From Octopus sinensis (lineage: Eukaryota), in contig NW_021824491.1 of the NCBI RefSeq assembly GCF_006345805.1, forward strand, positions 1 to 18,433: a stretch of DNA of 18,433 nucleotides. The letters are read 5' to 3'. The position numbers and the translations under genes are program-made. Under the pieces are notes generated by a model that was not told where the DNA came from, searched no databases, and worked only from the letters and a program-made list of their open reading frames with translations. Shown here piece by piece: positions 1-9,636 of this stretch; positions within the stretch are counted from its first letter, which is position 1, and each line of letters begins with the position of its first letter.

Positions 1-159
1 ATATATACGACAGGCTTCTTTCAGTTTCCCGCTTAACGAATCCATTCACAAAACCTGGGGATATAACTAGAAATTTACCCAAGGCTCCACACAGTTTGAC
101 TGAACCGAGAACCATGTGTTTCGGAAGCAAGCTTCTAACCACACTGCCACGCCTGCGCC
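1..159 (-). mobile_element. tRNA-derived CORE-type SINE (family A in this report), 5' half; the rest lies outside the window
   Basis: Colinear with the copy at 3165-3310 (tacgac.ggc.tctttcagtttcc...ccaagg...ctgaacc...accatgtg.tt.ggaagcaa.cttct.accacac.gccac.cctgcgcc). The minus strand has a tRNA-like head with a B-box-like GGTTCAGTC and a CORE-like ccttgggtaa. Confidence 0.8.
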
Positions 160-299
160 CATGTGTATAGATACTTTAAACATACATACATGTATGCATA
201 TATATATATGTGTGTGTGTGTGTGTATGTATACATACACACACATAAAGACTAGTAAGGGGACAAACGAAAGAAAATGGCTTTAAATAGAAATTGTATG

Positions 300-560
300 A
301 TTTACATATATCATTTATAACTTAGATCCATATCGTTCAATGTATCATGGGCTCGTAGGATGAGCTCTAGTCATCAGATATCACGATATCTGGCTCACGA
401 TGTCTGATGTCGAACGCTCCTGACCACAACTCTTCCGACTGATAACATCTTATCAAACTCGAAAGCCATATTTGCCCTCGATAGGACTCGAACTTACATC
501 ACAATGAATCAGAATAAACATCGTGATGCAAAATACTCTTAATTATCCGCACCAAATATT
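300..560 (-). mobile_element. Possible decayed tRNA-headed SINE
   Basis: B-box-like GTTCGAGTCC on the minus strand (plus 484-493) with only a weak A-box-like segment upstream. No second copy in the window. Confidence 0.25.
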
Positions 561-1990
561 TATCAATGTTATACCTGACTAATAAGCCGAATGGGAAGTC
601 TTTATGTGGTCGCTCGTATTGCTAGAAATTACAGCAAATTCTTACTGATATTACACCCTATAATGTTTTTAAATATATAGAGGACGTATTGAGTAATGTA
701 TCCTGAATACATAAAATGTGGAGATAATCAGAGTTAGAACATCTATGTGCCATGTCATGGTGAGTCAGAGTTCCAGGACGATAAAGCAGACGATCTAGAT
801 TCAATGAAGGACAGAAGTAAATGTTCGTTGCCTTCTTTTGTTTCTCTTGTCTAAGGTATATTCAGAAAAGACAAGGTGCTCATAGCTCGAACATTTTGGA
901 AATAGTTTAAATGTTTGCATTCGTCTTTTGTTTTCCCTTGTCTATGGAAAATTCACAAGATGACATGCTTTCTTGGGAACCTATGAAACACAGCTCTATG
1001 AAAACACCTTCTAATGAATGAAATTCTTTAAACTTTAGCAGGCATCATTTGTTTGCCGTTGTCTATGGAATATTCCGTTTTGCAGGTGTGAACCATTCCA
1101 TAAGAATGTTAATATATGTTTATCATTCCAATTATCTCAGCAAACTCTCTTTGCTTGCCTGTCGAAAATTGTGTTCTGTTAACCAAATGTCAATTCCCTT
1201 CGACCAAAATCCTACACGGATTAACTAATCAACATTCCAACATGGGAATTTATAGAAAACGAAATTCTAACTGCAATTTGGTTAGGCCAACATCATTGTC
1301 ATATTTCTAGTTGTGGATTTCATCTCCAAGGTAACTCAATCTAATCCAAATTGGTGTTTAAAGATAAATTAGTGAGACAGAAATCGGTCTACACAGGATT
1401 TGCATTTGAGATAGAAGGACACAAACACATACATACATACAAACAAATGTACCTTCACACACACATAGTCACTTATACACTAATGCAGTATATATATATG
1501 TACGTGTGTGTACGCATGTGTGTGTCTGAACGCGTGTGTGTGCGCCGCGTATTTGTGTGTGTGTGTGATGGAATTAATGACGTTCATCCTAATGAAACAG
1601 CTGTTGAACATATTTAAAGCCTGTAGGATTATTTGAAAGTTATGCGCTTCGGCTTTTATTCCAAATGTATTTTTCGGAAAGATCGTTTGATCTGATGATG
1701 TACCTACATGCGTGTGTGCTCCTTGTGGATTTACTTCGACGTAATAAAGTGATGGATATTAATGATCTGTTACGAATTGATTGAACTCTTAATTAGCATG
1801 GATTCTTTTCATTTCGATGTGTGTACATCGATTCCCTAAATCTTTCAGACGACGCGTTCCTCAATCGAAATTGCTGAAAAGATTTCTGATGATTTTGAAT
1901 AAAAGCAAATTTACTCGCGGGGCTTTCACATTTGCAATATCCTTCAAAATATCCATTTTAAATTTCAGGAGAGGGGTAGTCGTTTTCCCC

Positions 1991-2120
1991 GAACCCCAGT
2001 GCACCACTGGTACTTATTTTATCGACCCCGAAAGGATGAAAGACAAACTCAGAATGTAAAGACACGAAATGCCGCTAAATATTTTGTCCGGCGTGCTAAG
2101 GATTCCGCCAGCTCGCTGCT
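1991..2120 (-). mobile_element. tRNA-derived SINE family B, internally deleted copy
   Basis: Reverse complement matches 12096-12240 (ggcggcgagctggcagaa..gttagcacgccgg ... tttcatcctttcggggtcgataaa.taagtaccag). Confidence 0.75.
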
Positions 2121-2940
2121 TTAACATTGTTCAAACGATGAACATTTTTCGTGTTTTCCACTAACCAAAGGTGAATATATCAGTCTGTGCTTTCAGTAGT
2201 TTTTCGCTGATCAAAGACAGGCAAAATAACAACTTTCATTAAAGACGTCCACAGCAAGACACGCCTCTCAATCCAACGCCTGTGGCTAGAGATGCCCGTT
2301 TCCGGTTGTGCAGTTGCACGATTGTCAATCGTGTCTCTATTAACGCTAAACTTTGCATTCATCCATCAAATCTGATCTTGAAATGATTCCCGAATTAGTT
2401 ATTAACAGTGGATCTTCGATAGAGTACGATATAGGATATTAATATTATATTTTCAAAAATGTTCTCTAATTGAATAAAATTCATTTTTGTGGTTTTATTA
2501 ATATCATTATCAACTTCGTTGCACTCATTAAAATTTGCGTTTAAATTGGATTTATTTAAAAGGTTACACAATTGCTGTTTTATACTCATCCACTACAACA
2601 CACATACATACATACACACACTGACACACAAGCATACTTATTTATTTCCATAAACAATTATTCATATGAAGTTTAGCACAAGTTTTATCTGAAGAAAAAC
2701 TTTACATATCCACATATGCATACTTACATGCACACACTTACTCAATGTGTGTGTGTGTGTGAGTGTGTGTGTCCCTTGCGTCTCTTGTTTAAGCGTTATC
2801 TGCTCAAAAGACAACAGGCAAAAGGTCATGTTTTCATCTTACTAAATGGCTGAATGAATTATCATTTCGTCCAGGAAACCCAGGGTAGCTGTATTAATAA
2901 GATTTGGGTGGTTGGGCGTTATTGTAAGATTATATATCCT

Positions 2941-3310
2941 CTTTATTCTTTTACTTGTTTCAGTCATTTGACTGCGGCCATACTGGAGCACCACATTTAG
3001 TCGAAGAAATCGACCCCAGGACTTAATCTTCATAAGCCTACAACTTATTCTATCGGCCTCTCTTTTTGCCGAATCGCTACGTTACGGGGACGTAAACGCA
3101 CGAACGTCGGTTGACAAGTGATGGTGGGAGATACAAACACATACACACAAAGATATATATATATACGACGGGTTTCTTTCAGTTTCCGTCTTCCAAATCA
3201 ACTCACAAGTCTATAGCAGAAGAACTTGTCCAAGGTGCCACGCAATGGAACTGAACCCGGGACCATGTGGTTGGGAAGCAATCTTCTTACCACACAGGCA
3301 CTCCTGCGCC
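2941..3310 (-). mobile_element. SINE family A, near full length (~370 bp)
   Basis: Minus strand reads: GGCGCAGG head, A-box-like TGCCTGTGTGG, B-box GGTTCAGTTCC (plus 3247-3257), CORE-like gcaccttggacaag, internal TA/TG microsatellite, 3' tail caaatgactgaaacaagtaaaagaataaag. Homologous pieces at 1-159, 16790-17615 and 17616-17900. Confidence 0.9.
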
Positions 3311-3537
3311 TATATATATATATATGTATATAGTGAGAGAGAGAGAGAGAGAGAGAAGAGAGAGAGTTTGTGTGTGTGTATGTGTGTGTGTGCGTGTGTG
3401 TAGTTATTCATTCATACATTTATTTGTACTTATGGGTGAGAGCATCAGATAGCTGTTGATATATTGAAAATCTTTCATAACAATTCCCAATCAATTGATA
3501 TATGGCCATTACCCGAAGGGCGAACTCACATACATCC

Positions 3538-3720
3538 ATCCAGTGCTTAGCTAGTACTTATTTTATCAACTCCGAAAGATGAAGTGCAAGACAGCCTTGG
3601 TGGAATCTGAACTCAGAACGTAATTCCCTCGGCAGTATTTGAACTCACAACGAAAAACTGACGAAGCACCGCTAAGCATGTTGTCTCGGCGTGCTAACGA
3701 TTCTGCCACTTCGCCGCCTT
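3538..3720 (-). mobile_element. SINE family B copy with an internal duplication of the B-box segment
   Basis: Matches 12096-12240 in reverse. gaactcagaacg (3609-3620) and gaactcacaacg (3641-3652) are tandem versions of the same segment. Confidence 0.75.
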
Positions 3721-3746
3721 GAAGCTGAATCTACTACTGTACTAAT

Positions 3747-3946
3747 GCAGAACTTCGTCGGTTGCGACGACGAGGGTTCGAGTTGATGCGAACAACGTAA
3801 CAGCTTGGACATGAGATTAAGGTGCAAGTGGCTGAGCACTCCACAGTAACGTGTACCCTTAACGTAGTTCTCTGGGTGATTCAGCGTGACACAGAGTGTG
3901 ACAAGGCCGGCCCTTTGAAATACAGGTAAAACTCATTTTCGCCACC
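3747..3946 (-). mobile_element. SINE-like repeat family C, partial (orientation inferred)
   Basis: 3754-3840 aligns with the reverse complement of 17643-17730 (cgtcggtt.cga.gac...tgat.cga.caacg.aacagc...gtgcaagtggctgagca). The SINE identity and strand rest on resemblance only. Confidence 0.55.
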
Positions 3947-4092
3947 CGCTTGTGAAGTGACGTGCCTTCACAAAAAAGAAAAATTGAATGTAACATTATG
4001 ACAAAATACTTGTTAGTCAGAATCACAACAAAAATGACAATAACAAGAAGAACAACAACAGAAGTCGGAAAATGAAAATAAATTTCAACTGG

Positions 4093-4180
4093 TGGCTGTG
4101 TGTGTGTGTGCGTGTGTGTGTGTGTGCGCGCGCGTGTGTGTGTGTGTATGTGTATGTGTGTGTGTGTGTTTGTGTGTGTG
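4093..4180. repeat. (TG)n/(CG)n dinucleotide tract
   Basis: Directly visible. Confidence 0.95.
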
Positions 4181-4381
4181 TATGCATCAGCGTATGAACA
4201 AGGAACAGACGCCTGGCTCCGGTTGTAGCCACGTGCAACTGAAGGCAGAAAATAACTAAGGTCAGGCGGTGATGCATATATATATATATAATATATGGGA
4301 TGGGAAGTAATAAACAGTACCCAGTAATAAGTCGCTTAGTAGCTGTTATAAGCGTACTCTTAGGCATTTGGAATATAGAAA

Positions 4382-4383
4382 AT

Positions 4384-4425
<42 letters not shown>

Positions 4426-4440
4426 TATATTATATATATA

Positions 4441-4475
<35 letters not shown>

Positions 4476-4479
4476 CATG

Positions 4480-4532
<53 letters not shown>

Positions 4533-4555
4533 TATATATATATATATATATATAT
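4382..4555. repeat. (CA)n followed by imperfect (TA)n
   Basis: Directly visible. Confidence 0.95.
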
Positions 4556-4981
4556 CAATTAAGTAACAAGGGTGTCCTGGTATTAGTGCATTACGGCCGT
4601 TTCAGGCGGCTTTATTTAATCGATCAATTCAAGCATTACATCAATTTGAAATACGCCGCCATCCTCGGAGGCATAAGACCTCATAGGTTTTCAACAGACA
4701 GGATGCTCCATTATAATTTTTTAGCAAATTGTTATTCTCTTTTGCCACTCCATTCTGCTACAACAATAGCAGCAAGCATGTAATTTTTTTATTCTCTAGT
4801 TCTGATGAAATTTTTGCTAAAAATTATAACGGAATATCCTGTATGTTGAAAACCTGTAAGGTCTTATGAATCCGAAGAAGGCTGAAATTTCAAATTGATG
4901 TAATGCGAATTGAGCGATGAAATGTTACCACCAGAATCGGCCGTAAGGCACTAATACCTTGACATTATTGTTATTTATTTG
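4556..4981. repeat. Diverged long inverted repeat (arms ~170 bp, spacer ~80 bp), probably a fold-back mobile element remnant
   Basis: ggtattagtgcattacggccg pairs with cggccgtaaggcactaatacc; gcattacatcaatttgaaat pairs with atttcaaattgatgtaatgc; cataagacc.cataggttttcaaca pairs with tgttgaaaacctgtaaggtcttatg. It begins directly after the (TA)n tract. Confidence 0.85.
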
Positions 4982-5056
4982 CTTCTGATTCACTTTACTT
5001 CGAGCTTGGTGCCTCAACTTAAGTACCTAATTCAATTGAATCTTAATCCTTTCTTA

Positions 5057-5200
5057 TATGTATGTACGTATGTATGTATGTATGTATGTATGTATGTATG
5101 TATGTATTATGTGTGTGTATTTATGTATGTATATATATATAATATATAGCTCGATAGATAGATAGATAGAAAGACAGACAGGCAGATAGATAGATTGAGG

Positions 5201-5275
<75 letters not shown>
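5057..5275. repeat. (TATG)n (5057-5104) and (GATA)n (5153-5275) tracts
   Basis: Directly visible. Confidence 0.95.
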
Positions 5276-5845
5276 TTATAGTGTACTATATCTTTGTTGT
5301 TAGCTTCAGCAAATTGCAATCGAGTGAGGGACAATTGTCATTTGTTAAAAATGATGATGATGATGGTGATGATGATGATGACGGTGGTGGTGGTGGTGGA
5401 ATAAAATACATAAAACCAGAAATATGCACATCTTATTGTTTAAATGCCAGATACTCTACTTGCCCTTCACAAACGCTCTTTACTCTCCGTCTCATTCCCT
5501 GTTTCATGTTCTCTCTATCTCTTTATTTCCCCTCCTCCCACTCTCTTCTGCACCTCCTCTTTCTCTTTACCTCCCTCTGTCTATTTCTTTCGTTCCATTT
5601 TCTCTCCTCTTTCTAATTCCGTTTCCGTTGTAGCTCTGTGACGTGTGCCGTTTCGTTCTACATTCCTATATAGTGTAACATTGTACATTACTACAGAGCT
5701 ATACGCGTAGATTAAGGCATCCGCGCACCAATTTATGCTGTTTTACATAAACTCATTCGTACACTTAATTTCAATTTCATATGGCTGTTTGGTTCTATGT
5801 ATGTAGGTATAAATAAACATATATACATATACACATCCTGTCAAT

Positions 5846-5930
5846 TTATCTATATCTTTATCTATTTATCTATCTATCTATCGTTGTATATATATATATA
5901 TATAGTGTGTGTGTGTGCTCGAATGTGTGT

Positions 5931-5983
<53 letters not shown>

Positions 5984-6143
5984 TACATATATACACACAC
6001 ATTCGAGCACACATATTCACGTACTCGCATAAGCATACTCGATCCAATATAGATAGATAGGCACATGCAAACAAATGTGTGTGCGTGTGTATTTGCGTGT
6101 CTGTGTGTGTGTGCGGGCGCGTGTGTATGTGCGTGTGTGTGTG
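5846..6143. repeat. Compound (TATC)/(TA)/(TG)/(CA) microsatellite field
   Basis: Directly visible. Confidence 0.9.
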
Positions 6144-6733
6144 TTTTAATTTGTGTCGAGAAAACAGATGAAGTATAATGACTGCTTAACTGAATTCATT
6201 AATCACAACTCGATTTTCATGTCTCAGCGATCATCAGGCCAGTACTCTTATTATACAGTATTTTTGTTCGTTCATATCCGTACGTGAGTGTCTTCTATCG
6301 ATTCCTCTTCACTCTATTTGTGGAACCATGTTCTTCTCTTCTCTAACACCGTTGTTTTTAGAGCATAGTCTCTAACCGTAAATTCCATTCGTCGGTTTCT
6401 AATACTGCTCTCTAATTATTACTTTCTTCGCGTTAGGTGCCGGTTTTAAGTACCATCCGTGCCATAGGGCTAACATTCTGGTGCTATCCAATTGCGAGCT
6501 TTCTTCTTACGAAATAGGTATCGTTTATTTTATTTTTCTATCTCGCGTATCACTTCATTCCCTTTTAGAAATGTTGTTAACTAAAACGGCAGATTCGCTT
6601 CCAAGTCTTTCATTAGCATATTTATTTTTCTTCTATAAACTCTTGTTTGGTTTCATTTCTCACTTCGCTTCATATGTCTGACTTCATATATTCCTGTTTG
6701 TCTGTCTTCTACTTCACTCATCTATCTGTCTAA

Positions 6734-6855
<122 letters not shown>

Positions 6856-8021
6856 CCGCGAGTGTCGCGTTGCTCTCAAGCAACTCTGCCGTCCTGGGTC
6901 GACCTTAAGTGACTTCCACATAACCAAAGCATTCTATAGGGGATTAGTGGAGGGGAGGTACGACGACGAGCTCGGGGCGAACCTGGACGTCGACGAGGAG
7001 TACCTGACCCGCCTGTTCAGGACGACTTTCGAGCCAGGGCCCATGGACAACTTCCAGAGATCCCTGGCCTGGCAGTGTTACCGAGAAGCGCTACCCGTTC
7101 GGGATAAGCTCTACAGACACGGCTCGAGAAACACGGGGCCGACCTGCCCGAGATGCAGTCAGAGCGACGAAACCGTTCCGCACGCACTCGTGCAGTGTCC
7201 AACAATTTCCGACCTGTGAGCTTGTGTCGAACAACTGCTGTCACGTGTGGGACGAGTCGGTTTATCAGCTGAGTCTATCATCAATATTGTCACGCCTCCT
7301 TCCTTCAAACGGGAAGGAAGAGCTATTTTCATCATCCTTGTGGCTATGGCGTAAGAATGTATCTGGTGGACGCGTCTGAAAGGATTGGAGACAAACACTT
7401 TCCTCTCTGGTCAATCTCTCATCAACTTCTTCAAGTACCACTTGAAAAGGAAAGTGAGGGTAGAGAGGCAAGTTTTGTCTAGCGAATGTTTTAAAAAAAG
7501 ATGGGTGAATGTAGCAAGGATGGCACGTATGAATGACGAAGCCACCTTGAGCATAATCCTATGAACCCAGAAATTGAAAACAGAGGGTTACCCACTTGCA
7601 AACAAATGTGGTAACATATAACAATATTGACCAAGGTTACCGTGGTCTTTTTCGTAGGCTTTTCTTCCCACAGATAAACCTTACTTGCTTTCCCCTTTAC
7701 ACCATATATCATAACACTGTGATACACGATCCCTATTGATCGTTCTTTTTTTCCCTCTTCCCCTTTTTCCCCCTTTTTTCTTCTTTTTTCATTTCTCTTT
7801 TCTTTTGTTACTTTTCCTTTGCTTTTTTTTCTCTTTTTATTTTTTTATTTTTATTTTATTTTTTTTTTTTTGTTCTTTTCTTCCCTTTTACGATCCCTCT
7901 TGATCGAAAACCTGTGGCGTAGGTTTTTTTTTTGTTTCTTGTTTTTTTCATCCCCCAAAAGAAAAGCTCTACCTTGTAACTTGTCCCATCTGTGTGCAGC
8001 CCTGTGTGGCCAATAAAGAAA
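6856..8021 (+). mobile_element. 5'-truncated L1/Tx1-type non-LTR retrotransposon (ORF2 C-terminus plus 3' UTR)
   Basis: GC-rich island in AT-rich DNA. Encodes W.CYREALPVRDKL...CPRC...DETVPHALVQC (zf-RVT-like CCHC) followed by IWWTR..., then a T-rich 3' UTR, AATAAA at 8012-8017 and a short gaaa tail. (TATC)n lies on both sides. Confidence 0.85.
6857..7564 (+). pseudogene. Disrupted LINE ORF2 C-terminal fragment (~235 codons)
   Basis: One frame with no frameshift: RECRVALKQ...CPRCSQSDETVPHALVQCPTISDL*ACVEQLL...VAMA*ECIWWTRLKG...LSIIL*. Premature stops at 7217-7219 and 7352-7354; terminal TGA at 7562-7564. Confidence 0.85.
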
Positions 8022-8041
8022 CTTATCTATCTATCTATCTG

Positions 8042-8112
<71 letters not shown>

Positions 8113-8254
8113 ATCTCTATATATATATGTGTGTGTGTGTGTATGCATATATACACACATATATTTATGTCTAGTTGTCTATCTATCTGTCTGTCTCTGT
8201 GTATCCATTTATCTGTGCATCTATTTGTCTATCTATATGACTGTCTCTTTGTCC

Positions 8255-8314
<60 letters not shown>
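8022..8314. repeat. (TATC)n/(TTTC)n decaying into mixed repeats and a (TA)n tract (8258-8314)
   Basis: Directly visible. Confidence 0.93.
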
Positions 8315-8318
<4 letters not shown>

Positions 8319-8366
8319 AAACAAGTCAAGATAGAAAATGCTAATATAATTTTATAAAGGACATTT

Positions 8367-8403
8367 CAGTACCGGTTTCAGTCATTTGAGACCTTTTCAA
8401 CTA
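8367..8403 (-). ncRNA. Minimal type I hammerhead ribozyme-like motif, U3-A8 core variant
   Basis: Minus strand UAG-UUGAAAA-GGUC(UCAAAU)GACU-GAAA-C-CG-G-UA/CUG. Helix I has 3 bp, helix II has 4 bp, and helix III is reduced to the palindrome ACCGGU. Predicted cleavage is between plus 8370 and 8369. Confidence 0.6.
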
Positions 8404-8758
8404 TAACGATTAAATAATTAAATTTAAAAAAATTAAAAGAAAAGTTTTTTTTAAAGAATATTTGTATAGTGTTCAAATATAAGTGGCAATTTCCTTGTTT
8501 CTGCCTTTCTCTGTCTCTCTTGTTTGTTTACACTGTGGGTTCGAGGTCGTTGTGAATTATTGGTAGGGAAGAAGAAGAAGGATGAGGAGAAGGGGGGAAG
8601 GGTGAGATTTTGGGAGTGCCTTGATTGTCGTGGTCAGTGGCGGCTAGCAGTTGCTGTTCAATTCATGAGAATATTTCTATTGAAAGGTTTGTTTATAGAA
8701 TTTGCGTAGGTGTTATACTAAAAAGCATTAGTGATAAGGTTAGGAAGTAGAAAAGGGA

Positions 8759-8869
8759 GAAGAAGAAGAAGAAGAAGAAGAAGAAGAAGAAGAAGGAGAA
8801 GAAGAAGAAGAAGAAGAAGAAGAAGAAGAAGAAGAAGAAGAAGAAGAAGAAGAAGAAGAAGAAGAAGAA
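8759..8869. repeat. (GAA)n tract
   Basis: Directly visible. Confidence 0.97.
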
Positions 8870-8922
8870 AGAGAAGGGAGAATATGAATGAGTGGAAGTA
8901 GTGAGGTGTTGTATGACTTAAA

Positions 8923-8957
<35 letters not shown>

Positions 8958-9045
8958 CAACAATTGAGATAAAATTAATTAGCTATTAATCAATTTCACA
9001 AGTATTCAGTATGTAAAGGACCATTTAAGGCGAATTCAAAATATT

Positions 9046-9195
9046 ATATTGTATAAAAGGGCTTAGTAAAATAAATTACTTTGCCACATACTGAACTCAT
9101 TAGAAATAGCAGCCCAAAAAAGATTTTTTAGCTATTTCTAATGAGTTCAGTATGTGGCAAAGTAATTTATTTTACTAAGCCCTTTTATACAATAT
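9046..9195. repeat. Perfect inverted repeat, 65-bp arms with a 20-nt spacer
   Basis: 9046-9110 is the exact reverse complement of 9131-9195. Confidence 0.97.
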
Positions 9196-9205
9196 GTATA
9201 TATAT

Positions 9206-9248
<43 letters not shown>

Positions 9249-9293
9249 ATATATATATATATATTGGAAGGTTTGGAGATGATGTACAGGTAT

Positions 9294-9569
9294 TATATAT
9301 TAGAAGAAATGAGGTAATCAGAAGATCGGATGGTTCATATTTATAGATATTTATTTATATATTACATTTTTTACATATATATATCATATCATTCAGATCA
9401 TATCATTCGGATTATTAGCGCTTTGATTTGAAAACCCCACTAGAATGGGAGAAAGCGCTAATAATCCGAATGATATGATCTGAATGATATGATATATATA
9501 TGTAAAAATGTAATATATAAATAAATATCTATAAATATGAACCATCCGATCTTCTGATTACCTCATTTC

Positions 9570-9581
<12 letters not shown>
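9294..9581. repeat. Near-perfect inverted repeat, 131/130-bp arms with a 27-nt spacer
   Basis: 9294-9424 versus 9452-9581; the only difference seen is T6 versus A5 in one homopolymer. Confidence 0.97.

Positions 9582-9636
<55 letters not shown>

Larger units (their letters stand above)
8315..8923 (-). mobile_element. (TA)n-bounded segment, candidate Penelope-like element 3' remnant
   Basis: Bounded by (TA)n at 8258-8314 and 8924-8953 and carries a minimal hammerhead motif near its minus-strand 3' end. No RT or GIY-YIG protein remnant was recognisable. Confidence 0.4.

Noticed and set aside
760-1085. Textbook GTGAGT...TTTTGCAG intron-like interval
   Set aside because: The flanking sequences give no convincing coding exons; such site pairs are expected by chance.
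3950-3973. 8-bp hairpin next to an A-run resembling an intrinsic terminator
   Set aside because: Eukaryotic context, and the T-run is on the wrong side of the stem on the minus strand.
4191-4260. AG/GT-bounded 70-nt exon candidate
   Set aside because: Stops in all three frames and weak splice sites.
4802-4835. CUGAUGA followed by a 7-bp hairpin as a hammerhead
   Set aside because: No GAAA after the hairpin and no helix III or cleavage triplet.
4023-6074. ORF-track calls rich in YI, CV, HT or LSIY repeats (also 7992-8344 and 16776-17292)
   Set aside because: Translations of (TA)n, (TG)n and (TATC)n, which lack stops in some frames; no protein-like content.
6947-7219. 90-aa ORF as a standalone zinc-finger gene
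   Set aside because: It is the middle piece of a disrupted LINE ORF2; homology continues in frame on both sides.
8520-8760. Penelope GIY-YIG or RT coding remnant upstream of the minimal hammerhead
   Set aside because: No recognisable motifs in the minus-strand frames.
8718-8963. Poly-Leu, poly-Ile and poly-Asn ORFs (also 10876-11156, 11679-11873, 14003-14275, 14763-14975)
   Set aside because: Translations of (GAA)n and (ATT)n tracts.
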